Shown: positions 23,028 through 35,200 of the stretch, piece after piece
Layout of the letters: every line of letters begins with the position of its first letter
Position numbering within the stretch: position 1 is the first letter of the stretch
From: Anolis carolinensis
Taxonomy: Eukaryota
Direction: 5' to 3'
Length of the DNA stretch: 64,000 bases
NCBI RefSeq assembly: GCF_035594765.1
Contig: NC_085841.1
Coordinates: forward strand, 258,064,689-258,128,688
The notes under the pieces: generated by a model
What the model saw: the letters and a program-made list of their open reading frames with translations, nothing else
Databases searched by the model: none
Told to the model about the DNA's origin: nothing
Made by a program: the position numbers and the translations under genes

Positions 23028-23227
23028 TCAGTAGTGGAACAGAGTTGCATTAGATGGGTCTGAAGCTCCAGCCCACAATCGGCCTCCTTGTTCAGCCACC
23101 AAAAACTTGTTGTTGGATGCTCTGATTACAAGGCAGGTTGAGGATGCAAATTGGATTGTGAAATTTGAGGGATGGTCACTGGTGATGGAGATCTGTCCAT
23201 CTTTTTCCAAGGCCCAGCACTTGTTTT
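23028..23227 (-). CDS. Fascin-like exon 7 (ENKCWALEKDGQ...DPSNATLFHY*)
   Basis: CTGCAG acceptor; the C-terminal LFHY corresponds to fascin LWEY; TGA at 23030-23028. Confidence 0.9.
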
Positions 23228-26200
23228 CTGCAGATAAGTGGAATGAAAGTAGGGAAGTCAGGGAAGATGCAAGCAGAAGAATCTACACTTTTGGATTTCC
23301 CTGACTTCTAGCTGATTGAAGGAAAATTATATACAGGCAGTCCTCAAGTTACGAACAAGATGGGTTCTGTAGGTTAGGGAAGGATTAACACCCCTCTGGT
23401 GTTTGTTTTGCTGCCTGCCCCTGTTCAGAGGATTTCATGTCATTTTCTGTCCCAGTGACTGGATTTTGAAAAAATTGGCTTGTTATGGAAGCAAGGAGTG
23501 GTGATAAAACTTCAGCTGAGACACCTTTCCCCCATAACTTTCAGGAGTGAATTTCCCTTCCTAGGAGTCGATTTTGCTCACTTACTGTTGTCNNNNNNNN
23601 NNNNNNNNNNNNNNNNNNNNNNNNNNNNNNNNNNNNNNNNNNNNNNNNNNNNNNNNNNNNNNNNNNNNNNNNNNNNNNNNNNNNNNNNNNNNNNNNNNNN
23701 NNNNNNNNNNNNNNNNNNNNNNNNCAGGGCAGATTACAGGCAAAAGATTGCAAACATTCAATGCCAGATCCAATACATAAATTAAAAAAAGTAAAGTGAT
23801 CACTTGATCTACATCTAACATAGGAAACATTAAGCACAAATTATATAAACAACATGTAACATTAATTTAAATCATTATTAAAATATAATACAGCCAATGA
23901 AGCCATCGGGGTCAAAGGAATCAACTAAGCCAAAACCAGCTAAGTCAGTATGGTGACAAATTTGGAACAGGTCTAGTGAGTGAATGTAAACTTCTAGTCA
24001 TCCTATCCATTTACCAGTGTACAGAAATAAGTTTTTAACTGTTTCATGAAGGAGAGGAAGGTGGGGGCAGTTTTTATTTCTTTAGGGAGGAAGTTCCAGA
24101 GGTGGGGGGTGACCACAGAGAAGGCCCTCTCTCTCGTTCCCATCAGCAATGCTTGAGATGGAGGTGGGACCGAGAGTAGGGCTTCCTCCACTGACCGCAG
24201 TGTCTGAGTTGGTATATAAGAGGAGATGCGGTTTGACAAAAAAGCTTGGACCTGAGCCATTTAGGGCTTTAAAGATAATGACCAGCACTTTGCATCTAGC
24301 CTGGAGCTGCCGCAACATGGGAATGGTTCTCTCCCTGTGGGGTGTTCCTGTTAGTAACCTGGTCGCCGATTTTTGTACTAATTGAAGTTTCCAAACTGTC
24401 TTCAAAGGCAGCCCCATCCAGAGAGTTGCAGTAGTCCAGACGGGATGTGACTAAGGCGTGGACTATCATGGCCATGAGTTGTTTGTAAGTCAGGTGTTTG
24501 TAACTCGGGGACTCCATATAATTAGAATGTGTTAGTAATAGAAAGTATTACTACCAAGTGTGACTTGCAGCATTCATTGTTAATCTGGTGCTTTTCAGAT
24601 CTCAAAATCCTAAAGTTGGAACAGCCCACCCTCATTCAAGCACTCCTGACAAATGGCCATCCAGCCATTGCTTAAAAGCCTCCAGAGAAGGAGACTTTAC
24701 CACACTCCGTGGCCACATATTCCACTGTTGAACAGCTCTTATTGTCAGGAAGTTTTTTTTTTATAATCCCACGAATCCCTTGCCAGTGTGGCAAGTGGTC
24801 AGAAATTCTGATATTCCACAATACTTGCAGGACCTTGGGTTGGGGAATACATTGATAAAAAATACAGTAGGAATGTGAATAATGACATTTGAACAGTAAT
24901 TTGTCCTCAACTACACCAGAAAGGCTAGATGCCATGTGTGAGTGGGAAAACCTATTAGGCAGGAGAACAGTGTAGTTTCTTAGGGACCTAATTACACTGC
25001 CTCAGTCTCCTGCCTCCCTTTAATTTGGGATGAAAAAGATGGTAATTAATTATGCCTTTGGTTCTAATCAAGTTATAAACTAGAGCAGTGGTGCCTGAAC
25101 CTTGGTCCTCCATGTGCTTTGTACTTCAATCAGAATTCCTGACAATTGGCCAAGCTGGCTGGGGCTTGTGAGAACTGAAACCCAAACCCCCTGGAGGACC
25201 AACAGTTGGGAACTACTGAATTAATGTTCTTTTCTTTAAACTTTAACAATGATTACCAATGCAAGCAGGACATACCAATTTGGAAATTGTAGTAGCCTTC
25301 CTCAGTGAGTGACAGGCTGCTGGGAACATAGCTGACACAGTTCCCTTCCAACCGTCTCACGTCGGAGCCCAATCCTACATAGCCGGCATCACTGTGCAGG
25401 ACTAGCAGTGGCCGGTTCACCAGTACCAGCAAGAAATCTTCAATTTTTCCTGGAAATGCAAAAGAAAATATTTGACAGTATCTCTCTCACAGTGGACGGG
25501 TGGTGTTCGAATAGAATCATAGAACAATAGGCTTGGAGGAGACCACATGTGCCATCTAGTTCAACCCCCTGCCATGCAGGAAAAGCACCATCAAAGCAAA
25601 AGCACAATCAAGCAAAAAAGAATTAAACTTCCATTTCCTCACTTAACAAAGACTGTAAAGCAAGAGAGAAAAGTCTCTGGATCCCCTTCAGACACACAGA
25701 ACTATTCAAAACTTGCAGTCTGTGTCCACCAACCCACTCATGTTCACTTGTCAATACAAAAGCCTCCTGCAAGTTAGATAACTTCTCAGTTGATGTGTAC
25801 CTGCAGCTTTGGGAATGGCCAGCAGTTGTCCATTTGGTCGCATGGACACATATTTGTCCCCTATGCGAAGCATCACCTTCTGGTCCTGATAGTGAAGATC
25901 AAACCAGACGTTCTTGTCTTGTTTACTGCTGCTGATAATACAATCATTGGGGCCCTGTGAAAGTGGAAAATTTAGCTGGAAATTATTCAGCGCTTCTACT
26001 TTTCATATTTATATTTTATTGCTGGCTGTTTCGTCTTGCTTCAAGGCTGAGAATGAATGCTGTTGGGGTGAGTGACACAATCAGAGTACACTAATGCATA
26101 ATCTTAGGAGGAAATGGAATAGCCACGGTGATGTTCTCAGAGATGGTGAACATTACAATGTGGAGTAGTAGCACTCTGCTGCCATCTCAGGCAGCTGGCT

Positions 26201-29200
26201 CTGCCACTTTTAAGCCAGCCTGTTGCTCACAGGTAGTGGTGGAGGATGAGCTGCCACTGAAGTCAGACTTAGCTGCAAGTCAGCTGTAGGTGAGATGGGA
26301 TACCACCTTGACCTTCACCTTGGGCAATAAAATGGCTTCTGCAAAACCTACAAAGCAACACTCTGCCTGAGAGTAGTCAAACATATACTGGAAAAAGGTG
26401 GCAAGAGCTCTTACTAGCATTCAGGAGCAATGGGTATCTTGCGTCCTTCTATATACCAATTTCATTCTTGCTATATTCGTCTTTCATTTGTGCCCCCATC
26501 ATTCTATATTAAAAATTACATTCAATATAGGTGCATTTTCTTTCTCAGACTGGATTTAGGTCCCTTTCCCCCAGTGTAATGCTCTAGACTTCAGCTCCTC
26601 ATTGATCCCAATCAGCATGGCCAATGTTAAAAAATACTGGAGCTTGTATTCAAAATAAGCCATTTCCGTTGACAAACAGCTTTTATCATCAGGTTGTTCC
26701 CAATGTTAAATGGAATCATCTTTCTTGTAATTTGAATATACCAATTTGGGTCTTCTTTGGAGAAATAGAAAAAAAAGGTTGCTCAGTCTTCTGGATGATT
26801 AACCTATTAGATAATTAAAGAAGCCTGTCATATTAGATTTCAGTCTTCTCCAAGCTAAATATACCTATCTCCCTCAATTATTCCTTACAGTGCTTGGTTT
26901 CAGTGCCAGGTTAGCATCCTGTTTAGTGGCCTCTGTCAGTGTAACCCTGGTGTTTCCCTTTGTTGTTGCAGAGTAGAGATTCTCAAACATTTTCAAGTTG
27001 CAACCCCATTTTATACAGGCAATGTGACCCACAATCCCGATACATTAAAATAGGTGAGCCACGTCCCCAATACATTAAAAGTTAGAGCTGTTGGTGCTGC
27101 TACAGTGACAACTATGGTGTCTGGTCCTTACAGCACTGCTCAGCTTGTGGTTAATTTTTAGCTGGCTGCTTGGCTGGCTAAAGAAAGGAAATAACATGAT
27201 GTGCTGGGTGTCAAATTTCTGGAAGCATGATCATTTGATTCATTTCGACAGGATTTAGGCTTGTGCATGGATTTAAATTGGTTAGTTCTCTTTGGCCAAT
27301 TCAGCTTGTTCGCCTTGGTTAGCTGGCCGTTGTGGTAAGGGCTTAGCCACCATGGTTTTTTTGCCTGAAACATCCCATGTGGCTGCCAGGCATGGCTTCT
27401 TCCCTTCTATTTGGGAGTATGCTGCACGTGGTTCCTCAATCCAGTTCCTCAAACCCAGACTCCCTGGCAAGGAAGAAAGGAAAGGGTTCCGGGAGGGGTG
27501 TTTTCTTAACCTCGTTGCTCAAACTTGGGCTCCCTTGAAAGGGAGAAAGGATCCCAAGAATGGAAAGGGGAGCCTCCTAAGTCCCCCATTCCTGCCAATG
27601 GGCCGGATCTTCCCAGATCTTTTGGCTGCTTAGCTAAAAACAGTTTTCTCCATTAGCTGATTTTTGGGAGGCTGCTGAAAACGGATCTGGGTAACCAACG
27701 AAATTCAGATACCAAAAACAGATTGCCCTCCAGCAAAATTGCACAAGCCTAATAGGATTTATTGTATTGTGCAGAATTCTCCAGTATTGAAGAAAAAATG
27801 TTGCCACTTTCAAGAAACAAAACTAGGCACTCAGCACACATGGATCACTAAGAATTGAACAAGCACAAGCCGAGCAGAGCCTGCATTCCATAGAGCCAAT
27901 CACTGAACTTCGCATGAACCTGAACCTCATAACAAGCTAACCCACTGAACAAACGATTGTTACATGTTTACGCAAACAAATCTCTGTGTACGACACAATG
28001 AGATGATTTTTTGTTTTCCCTTTTTAACATTTTCATAGCTCACCACTGCCCGGTGACCCCACAAAAAACCTTTCACGACCCTATGGTTTGGAAACCACTG
28101 TTGTAGAGGAAGCAGTTCAATTCATACAGTGATACCCATTTCCCTCAAAATCATCTGTCCCCTGCTGCTCCCCTTCAGGACATGACACTGTGGTGACTAG
28201 TGGCAGACAAGAAGCATTTGGCTGTGTCACTATAGCAGGATGTGTGACGTTGAAGGAATTCTTTGGGATCTCATAGGACTTAAGGTGTCAACAGCAGCTC
28301 CTGGAGGATGATGTTATTGTTATGCACCTGGCACTAGGGATATGAACAGCTGCTTCTCATTTCCCCCCACTCTCCACTACATAGCCATATGGGTAGGCCA
28401 GCAAGAAACCAGCTTGAAGGAAGAAGAATGAGGGAGATGGATGTAGTTCAACTTTCAGGCATTTTCTCCTGACACAGGTGGTTTTGGTCCCAGACTCACC
28501 AAGGACATGTATGTGCCACAGTAGCCACGGAAGCAGATTTTCTTTGTGGCATCATCGAATAGCAGCTGGAAGATCTCTGTGTTGCCAACAGCCATAGCAT
28601 TGGCATAGAGGTCAGCTCCTGTCGGAACATAGAAGCAGAGAGCCCAGTGACTACACCTTATAATGTAAAGCACACTGATCTCACTCTGACATAAAACTAT
28701 TTCAAATACCATTGCTGGCTGAGGTGAGGCTTGAGTGCAATACAATGGAAAGTCTATAGTACTTGTATGTAAAACTGATATTTGTAAGAAGACCCCAATG
28801 ATATATGATATTCCCTTTAGAAACTTGATTAAGGGTGCACTTAGTATTAAGTGTATACCTGGATTCTCATCCCCATTTACATCTAGATTTCTTGAGTCCA
28901 ATGACAGATAGTTCTCCACATACAATGGTGTTACTATGGTGCTGCTCGGAGTATGCACTGCAAAGGATTTGCATGCAAGATACTGCCACATGCTTAAAGT
29001 AATCTATATTGAAGGCGGGAAGATCTTGGGAAAGGTAAAAGGTAAAGGTTTTCCCCTGACATTAAGTCTAGTCATGTCTGACTCTGGAGGTTGGTGCTCA
29101 TCTCCATTTCTAAGCTGAAGAGCCGGCATTGTCCATAGACACCTCCAAGGTCATGTGGCCGGCATGACTGCATGGAGAGCTGTTACCTTCCTGCCGGAGG

Positions 29201-32200
29201 CAGTATCTATTGACATACTCACCTTTGCATGTTTTCAAACTGTTAGGTTAGCAGAAGCTGGTGCTAATAGTGGGAGCTCACCCTGCTTCCTGGATTCAAA
29301 CCACTGACCTTTTGGTCAGCAAGTTCAGCAGCTCAGCGATTTAACCCAAAGTGCCACCGGGGGCCCTAATCTTGAGAAATGTCTCATATTTTCTACAACT
29401 TACACTATTCAACACTTCAAGTTCTTGCTTTTCAGCTTAATTTGTCCCACTTCTATTAGCCATCTTTTCTGACTCACTGGCACTTTTTTTGGCCATCTAC
29501 CCATCACAAATGCATCCACCCCTTATATGTTCATTTAATTTACCCCAATAACCACTTTCCCCTCAAAACGTCTCCAGATCAGCTTCCATGGAGTTCTTCC
29601 TTCTCAGTCTACAACTTATTCTGCACTGTTCTTCAACTTTCTTGCCTTTGAGATTCTTGAACCATTCATAGAATCACGGAGTTGGAAGAGATCCCAAAGG
29701 CCATCCAGCCCACCCACCCACCCGCCATGCAAGAACACAAAATCAAAGCACCTTCGAAAGATGCCCATCCAGCCTCTTCTTAAAACTCTCCAGGGAAGGA
29801 GACTCCACTACACTTCCAGACAGCATATTCCACTGCCAAATAGCTCTTAACCACTAGAAAGTTCTTTCTAATGTTTAGGTGGAATCTCTTTTCCTACCAT
29901 TGGAATCTATTGCTCCCTGTGTTCTAGTCTCCAGAGCAATAGAAAAAAGGTTTGCCCTCTCTTCAATGCGACATCCTTTCAAATATTTAATCATGGCTAT
30001 CCCATCTTCTGTATTTGCTACAATTTCCTTCCATTCTTTCTTTGGCCTCACAAGTGAGCCTCCTTTCTAGATTTCAGCCAAACAAATCATTTCTCCAGGA
30101 ACAGAACTACAAACATTCCTTTCCTCTTGAGCAGGAGAAATGTTTATGGAATGTCCCTGGTCATCAGACCAGATCGGTAAAATCAGTGCCAGGGAAGTTT
30201 TACCCCCCATGAGTGGCATCCTATATTGATAATGCTGCCTGCCCTCAACCTACCTGGTCTGCAGCAGATGAACTTGTTAGTAGAAAAGGAACGCAGCGAA
30301 ACCTGGGCAGGGCTGGATTCCATACTGAAGAGCTCATCTCGTCCAGGTTTGTCCATCTTTACAGTTTTTATGCCACCTTCTCGCGCGCTCAAGTACTTCC
30401 CTTCATCATCCCGCAGGGCAACCAAGCCACCATTCACTTCCAGGGAGTACAAGGTTTCAGGGCCGATATCTGATACCAGTGAGCCATTGGCCGCCAACAT
30501 TTTGCCAGTCCCATTCCTTAAGCCATACTTTTTCACTGAAGAGCAGAAGGAAAAAAGAGGAGAAGTTATTAGGGACTTATGTTTTACTCACCAAAAACAG
30601 CCTCCACCTGAAATAATGTCTGCAGAGCAGTATCACAATCGGTGCTTTTCTCTCTTTGCAGAATTGCTGAAGGAACAGATCCTGCAGCATCAAGTAATTT
30701 CCAACACACTTGCCCTCCTCACTCTTGATCTTTCCCATGGTATTTCCCACCCCAGTCCAACGGGTTTTCTTTCTACATCAATGCTGCAGATCCTTGTCAC
30801 TTCTTTAATATATTGTTTGAGGTTAATTGTCTCTTACTTTTATATTTATTTGGTGCTACCATTACACCTGCTTTTCTTATATTTATTTCATTGCTATATT
30901 GGGGAGAATTTATGTATGTTCCTCCTTGAAATAGCTAGGCAACATGCCCTCGCATCCAGTTAAAATGCATCAATGTACACACAAAGATCTTAACCGGGTC
31001 TGATCTCAACACTTTGCTATAATTAGGAGGAGTTGTCACAGTTACCCAAGCCAGTGGCCATGCTGGCTGGGGGATTCTGGGAGTCCAAAAAAGTAACTTT
31101 CCCATGCTATGCCCCAGTTAATGAATGCTGTTAAAGAAATCAAGATTTCTGCCATCCATAGTGACTTGCTGGGTAAACAGAATTTGAATTCACCTGGTGC
31201 ATATGGGGACAATTGCCTTCTGTCAGCATTGTGTGCCACGGACTCCCGACCTATTGAGGAGATGCAAATGACTCAGGCTTAACTTCTTCACACATTAAAA
31301 GAAACGCAGAGAACTAATTTAGAAGTTGCTTGGGGCAGCTAACTGCACTTAATGTGGGTTTGGGATTTTAGCAGACACCTGGTTTATAAGCCCCACTCAA
31401 TAAATTACCAAGTTGCATGTTATCACAGAAAAGCAAGCTACACCACCATATACTTCCAAGACAGAGAATCTACAAAAGAAAGACATGGGCATTCCCATGG
31501 ATAGTTTACACAACAAAGTGGAGTGAGGAAGCTGCTTCGGGAAGCAGATGCTAGGGGAAGGCAGCAGTAACAACCCTACATGTTTTCTTCTTGAGTGTTT
31601 TTGGATATTTCCTTATGTTAGAGGACAAGAGTTGTGTTTGCCTTGTGATCAGATTTTTATCTTTTAAACCAGTGGTTCTCAGCCTGTGGATCCCCAGTGT
31701 TTTGACCTTCAACTCCTAGAAATCCTAATACGTAGCTGGTAAACTGACTGGGATTTCTGGGAGTTGTAGGCCAAAACACCTGGGGACCCACAAGTTGAGA
31801 ACCACTGCTTTAAACTACCCACTCTGCTTTACAGTGATGGAAGATTTTGTTTCATTCCAACTCTTGGAGTAAGATTAAATTGCTAGTCCAGTTAATTCTG
31901 TACTTATTCCACAGACAAGAGGGAAAGGGGGGGGGGGGCGGGCGGCAGAGGAAAGCAGGAAATGCATCCTACCCCAGCAAGATCCGTCTTCAGGGATGGA
32001 CAGCCACCCCATGACATTTCCCCGCTTTCCTCCGCTTCTGTGTGCTATCTTCTATTGGACTCCAGACGGACTCCAAAGACTGTCTTCACAGGCTGGGGAG
32101 ATGGATTTCAATGCACAGCTGTGCGTCATGGGAAGAACTCTGAGGGACTCCGTTACATCAGCATGACAAGATGGTCAGAAAATTGGGAAAATTTAGTGTG

Positions 32201-35200
32201 GGATAAGGTCCCTAGAAGAGGGAACACCATTCTGTCATTTGCCTCAAGGAGCAAAGTATCTTGGGCTTGCTTTGATTTCTCTGATTTTTTTTAATGTATG
32301 TAGGTGCTAAGTGTTGTGTCATTCCTCCACTTGGATTGTCACCAATAACTGTTGTTTTTTGCACATGTAAAAACATGCCTACTTATTTGAGCAGCACTGA
32401 TTTATTCCAATGGCTATTTACAGGATTTCTAAACAATTTTAACCATTTAAACCTGTTTTAGCTTGATGATATGTATAATTTGTATTTAGTCTATTTAAAA
32501 TAATCTTATTGTTTGGTATTATTTTCACCTGTCAGTATTGATTTTACCTGTGTGCCACCTTGAGATCATTTGATGTTGGGGAGAACAGATATATATTTAA
32601 AAGACTAAATAAGAGGATTTTCTGCAATACACATTCAAACATACTTCAACTGCATATTTCATATTTCTATGGGATGCTTTTCAACAATAATTTAATAGAC
32701 TGTTTGTAAGAAATTTGTAGCCAGACTATCCAGGACAGGGCAGGAGAGGAAAAAATACCTCCCACCATAAGACCGTAATTCAATTGAAGAATAACAAAAT
32801 CATGAATCATTTTTGCAAAGGAGGGTGTGGTAGAGAGTCTTGTTCTTTTCACAAGCCTTGCTCAATAAAAAAGTCATTCTAAATGAGCACTCCTATACCA
32901 CAAAAATGCTATCTTTATGGTTCACATAATTATATAGCCAAGTTGCAGGTATGCATGGCAGGGGATATATTACTTTGAGCGGCTCATGCAATGAGGACAG
33001 GTATGTGTGTACCTCACCCCAGCGTCTTCGGGTCAAATACCATGCAGCTGGACCCACAAATAGACATTAGACCCTGCAAAGCACACTAATTATACCATAA
33101 ATAATATTCAGTCATGTTCTGCATATACTGTAGTGCCTGGTAGATTGAACAGAACTGTTGTATGCAGCAATAGGGGATTAGAATTATTGCATTTTCTCCA
33201 GGTACAAAAATTGTGTGTATGTGTGGAGGTGAGATACTCCTCTTCCACAACAGAAATGAGGGGCACAAGGGAGACTTTGCAAAATAATACATAGAGTGAA
33301 CAAAGTGTATCTAAGGTACAATTAACTGCACAGAAGAAATCGACTCTACACCCATTCCTTTCCACCAGATCAGAGATAGTTGAGAGTACTAAGCAATGAC
33401 CCTGATCTAGCTCAAGTTCGTCACAATTAATGCAAGCCTAGTGCTTTCAATTGTACTTACAGTGCTTTCCTATGTCAAGAAAGCAAATATTTCAGAAGTG
33501 AACATTGCCATATTTAATGGAGTTTCCTTTACACTTAGGATCAAAGGGTGCAGCTACATTGTAAAAGTTTGACACCACTTTAACTCCCAAACAGAATGGG
33601 ATTTGTGGCTTGGTGAGACACTCTTTGGCAGACTTGTAAAATTACAACTTCCATGATTCCGTAGCATTCAGCCATTCAAGTTCAAGTGATGTCAAACTGA
33701 AATAATTCTATAGTGCAGATGCACCCACAGTCTAAATCATGATTAGCTTATAACCGAATTGGAAGCTTTATTGTTTAATGTTGTGGGCTTTGCTCATTCT
33801 AAACAGTAGGTAAAGGTTCTCCCCTGACATTAAGTCTAGTCGTATCCGACTCTGCGGGTTGGTGCTCATCTCCATTTCTAAGTTGGAGAGCTGGCATTGT
33901 GCATAGACACCTCCAAGGTTATGTGGTTGGCATGACTGCATGGAGCACTGTTACTTTCCCACCAGAGAGGTACCTATTGATCAACTCACATTTGCATGTT
34001 TTTGAACTGCTAGGTTGGCAGAAGCTGGGGCTAACAGTGAGAACTCACCCCACTCCCTGGATTTGATCAACCGACCTTTTGGTCGCAAGTTCAGCAGCTC
34101 AGCGGTTTAATCCATTGTGCCACCTGGGGCAAAATATCTTTCTTAAATGTAATTTGTTGCCAAGGGATTAAAGGGTATACCTCACTTCTTGACTGTCTAG
34201 CTTTTATGATTTCAAGCTCAAATTTTGGGGGACAATTTAAAGCCAAGAATTTTACATTGGAAAAACTGTTTTCTTATCCTCTTAACATTTCACAGATGAA
34301 AACTTCTATCATATGTGGTCAAGATGGCAAATGTTATTAATTAGGAACAACAGGAAAACTATAAGAGGCTGGAGACGTTTGTCATAGCCTGACAAATCCT
34401 GAGTTAACTGAGTGTAAATTATATTGAGGTTTGAACTCAATTTGCAGCAACTGAAGTATGCTGAGGACAAAGAGGAAAAATCACAAGGGGAGACATTTTA
34501 AAAGCAGTGGGATAACAGAGGATTAAGCAGGACCATCCCTACCAAATCAAGAGTGGGAGAGTGTGAGTTTCTGTCTGTAACTTCATTCTACCTAGCTACT
34601 GCATAATTCCTCATTTTTCATCACCCAGGTTTTCTGTGTGATAGATTGCCGTCTTTAAGTTCATAATTAATTAAGACCTTAGACAGAAAACATTTTTCGA
34701 CCACAAACCCCATAACTGGTCTGTTTGATTCTGTGAGCTGTAATCCAAAAAGGTCCAAGCTTTTGTTTACATGATATCAGAATGGACTTTAACCTCAAGG
34801 CTGAAACCTTATGAAAGGGAAGACAATTCATTTGAGAACATGTTTCTACCCACTTCTGAAATCATAGTAGACTGTGATGACGGATTCCGCTCCCCAAGGC
34901 ATGTCGCGATCACAGCGCAGCACCCCAGCTTTCTCATCACAGCGCACGTAACGCTTTTTGTTGGGGTTGAACATTGCAACATTGGGGTGCACTGCCAGGT
35001 GTAAGGTCCATTTTTCAGTTTCGGTGGCAACCTGGGCGAAGCAAGTGACATTCTCCTCTGCGCCACCCAGGTAGCGCTTGGACTGTTCATTCTGGAAAGA
35101 GACCTGTCATGAAGGAGGGAGAAATGGGAACTTCATCACCTGAGATAGGAAGAAGAGGAATATTCCCATTGACATTGAAGGTGGTATCAGAACAGAACAG

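Noticed and set aside
23480-23839. ORFs containing X runs
   Set aside because: Artefacts of the N gap.
30226-30963. 245-aa plus-strand ORF
   Set aside because: It is the antisense shadow of fascin-like exon 3 running into intronic sequence.
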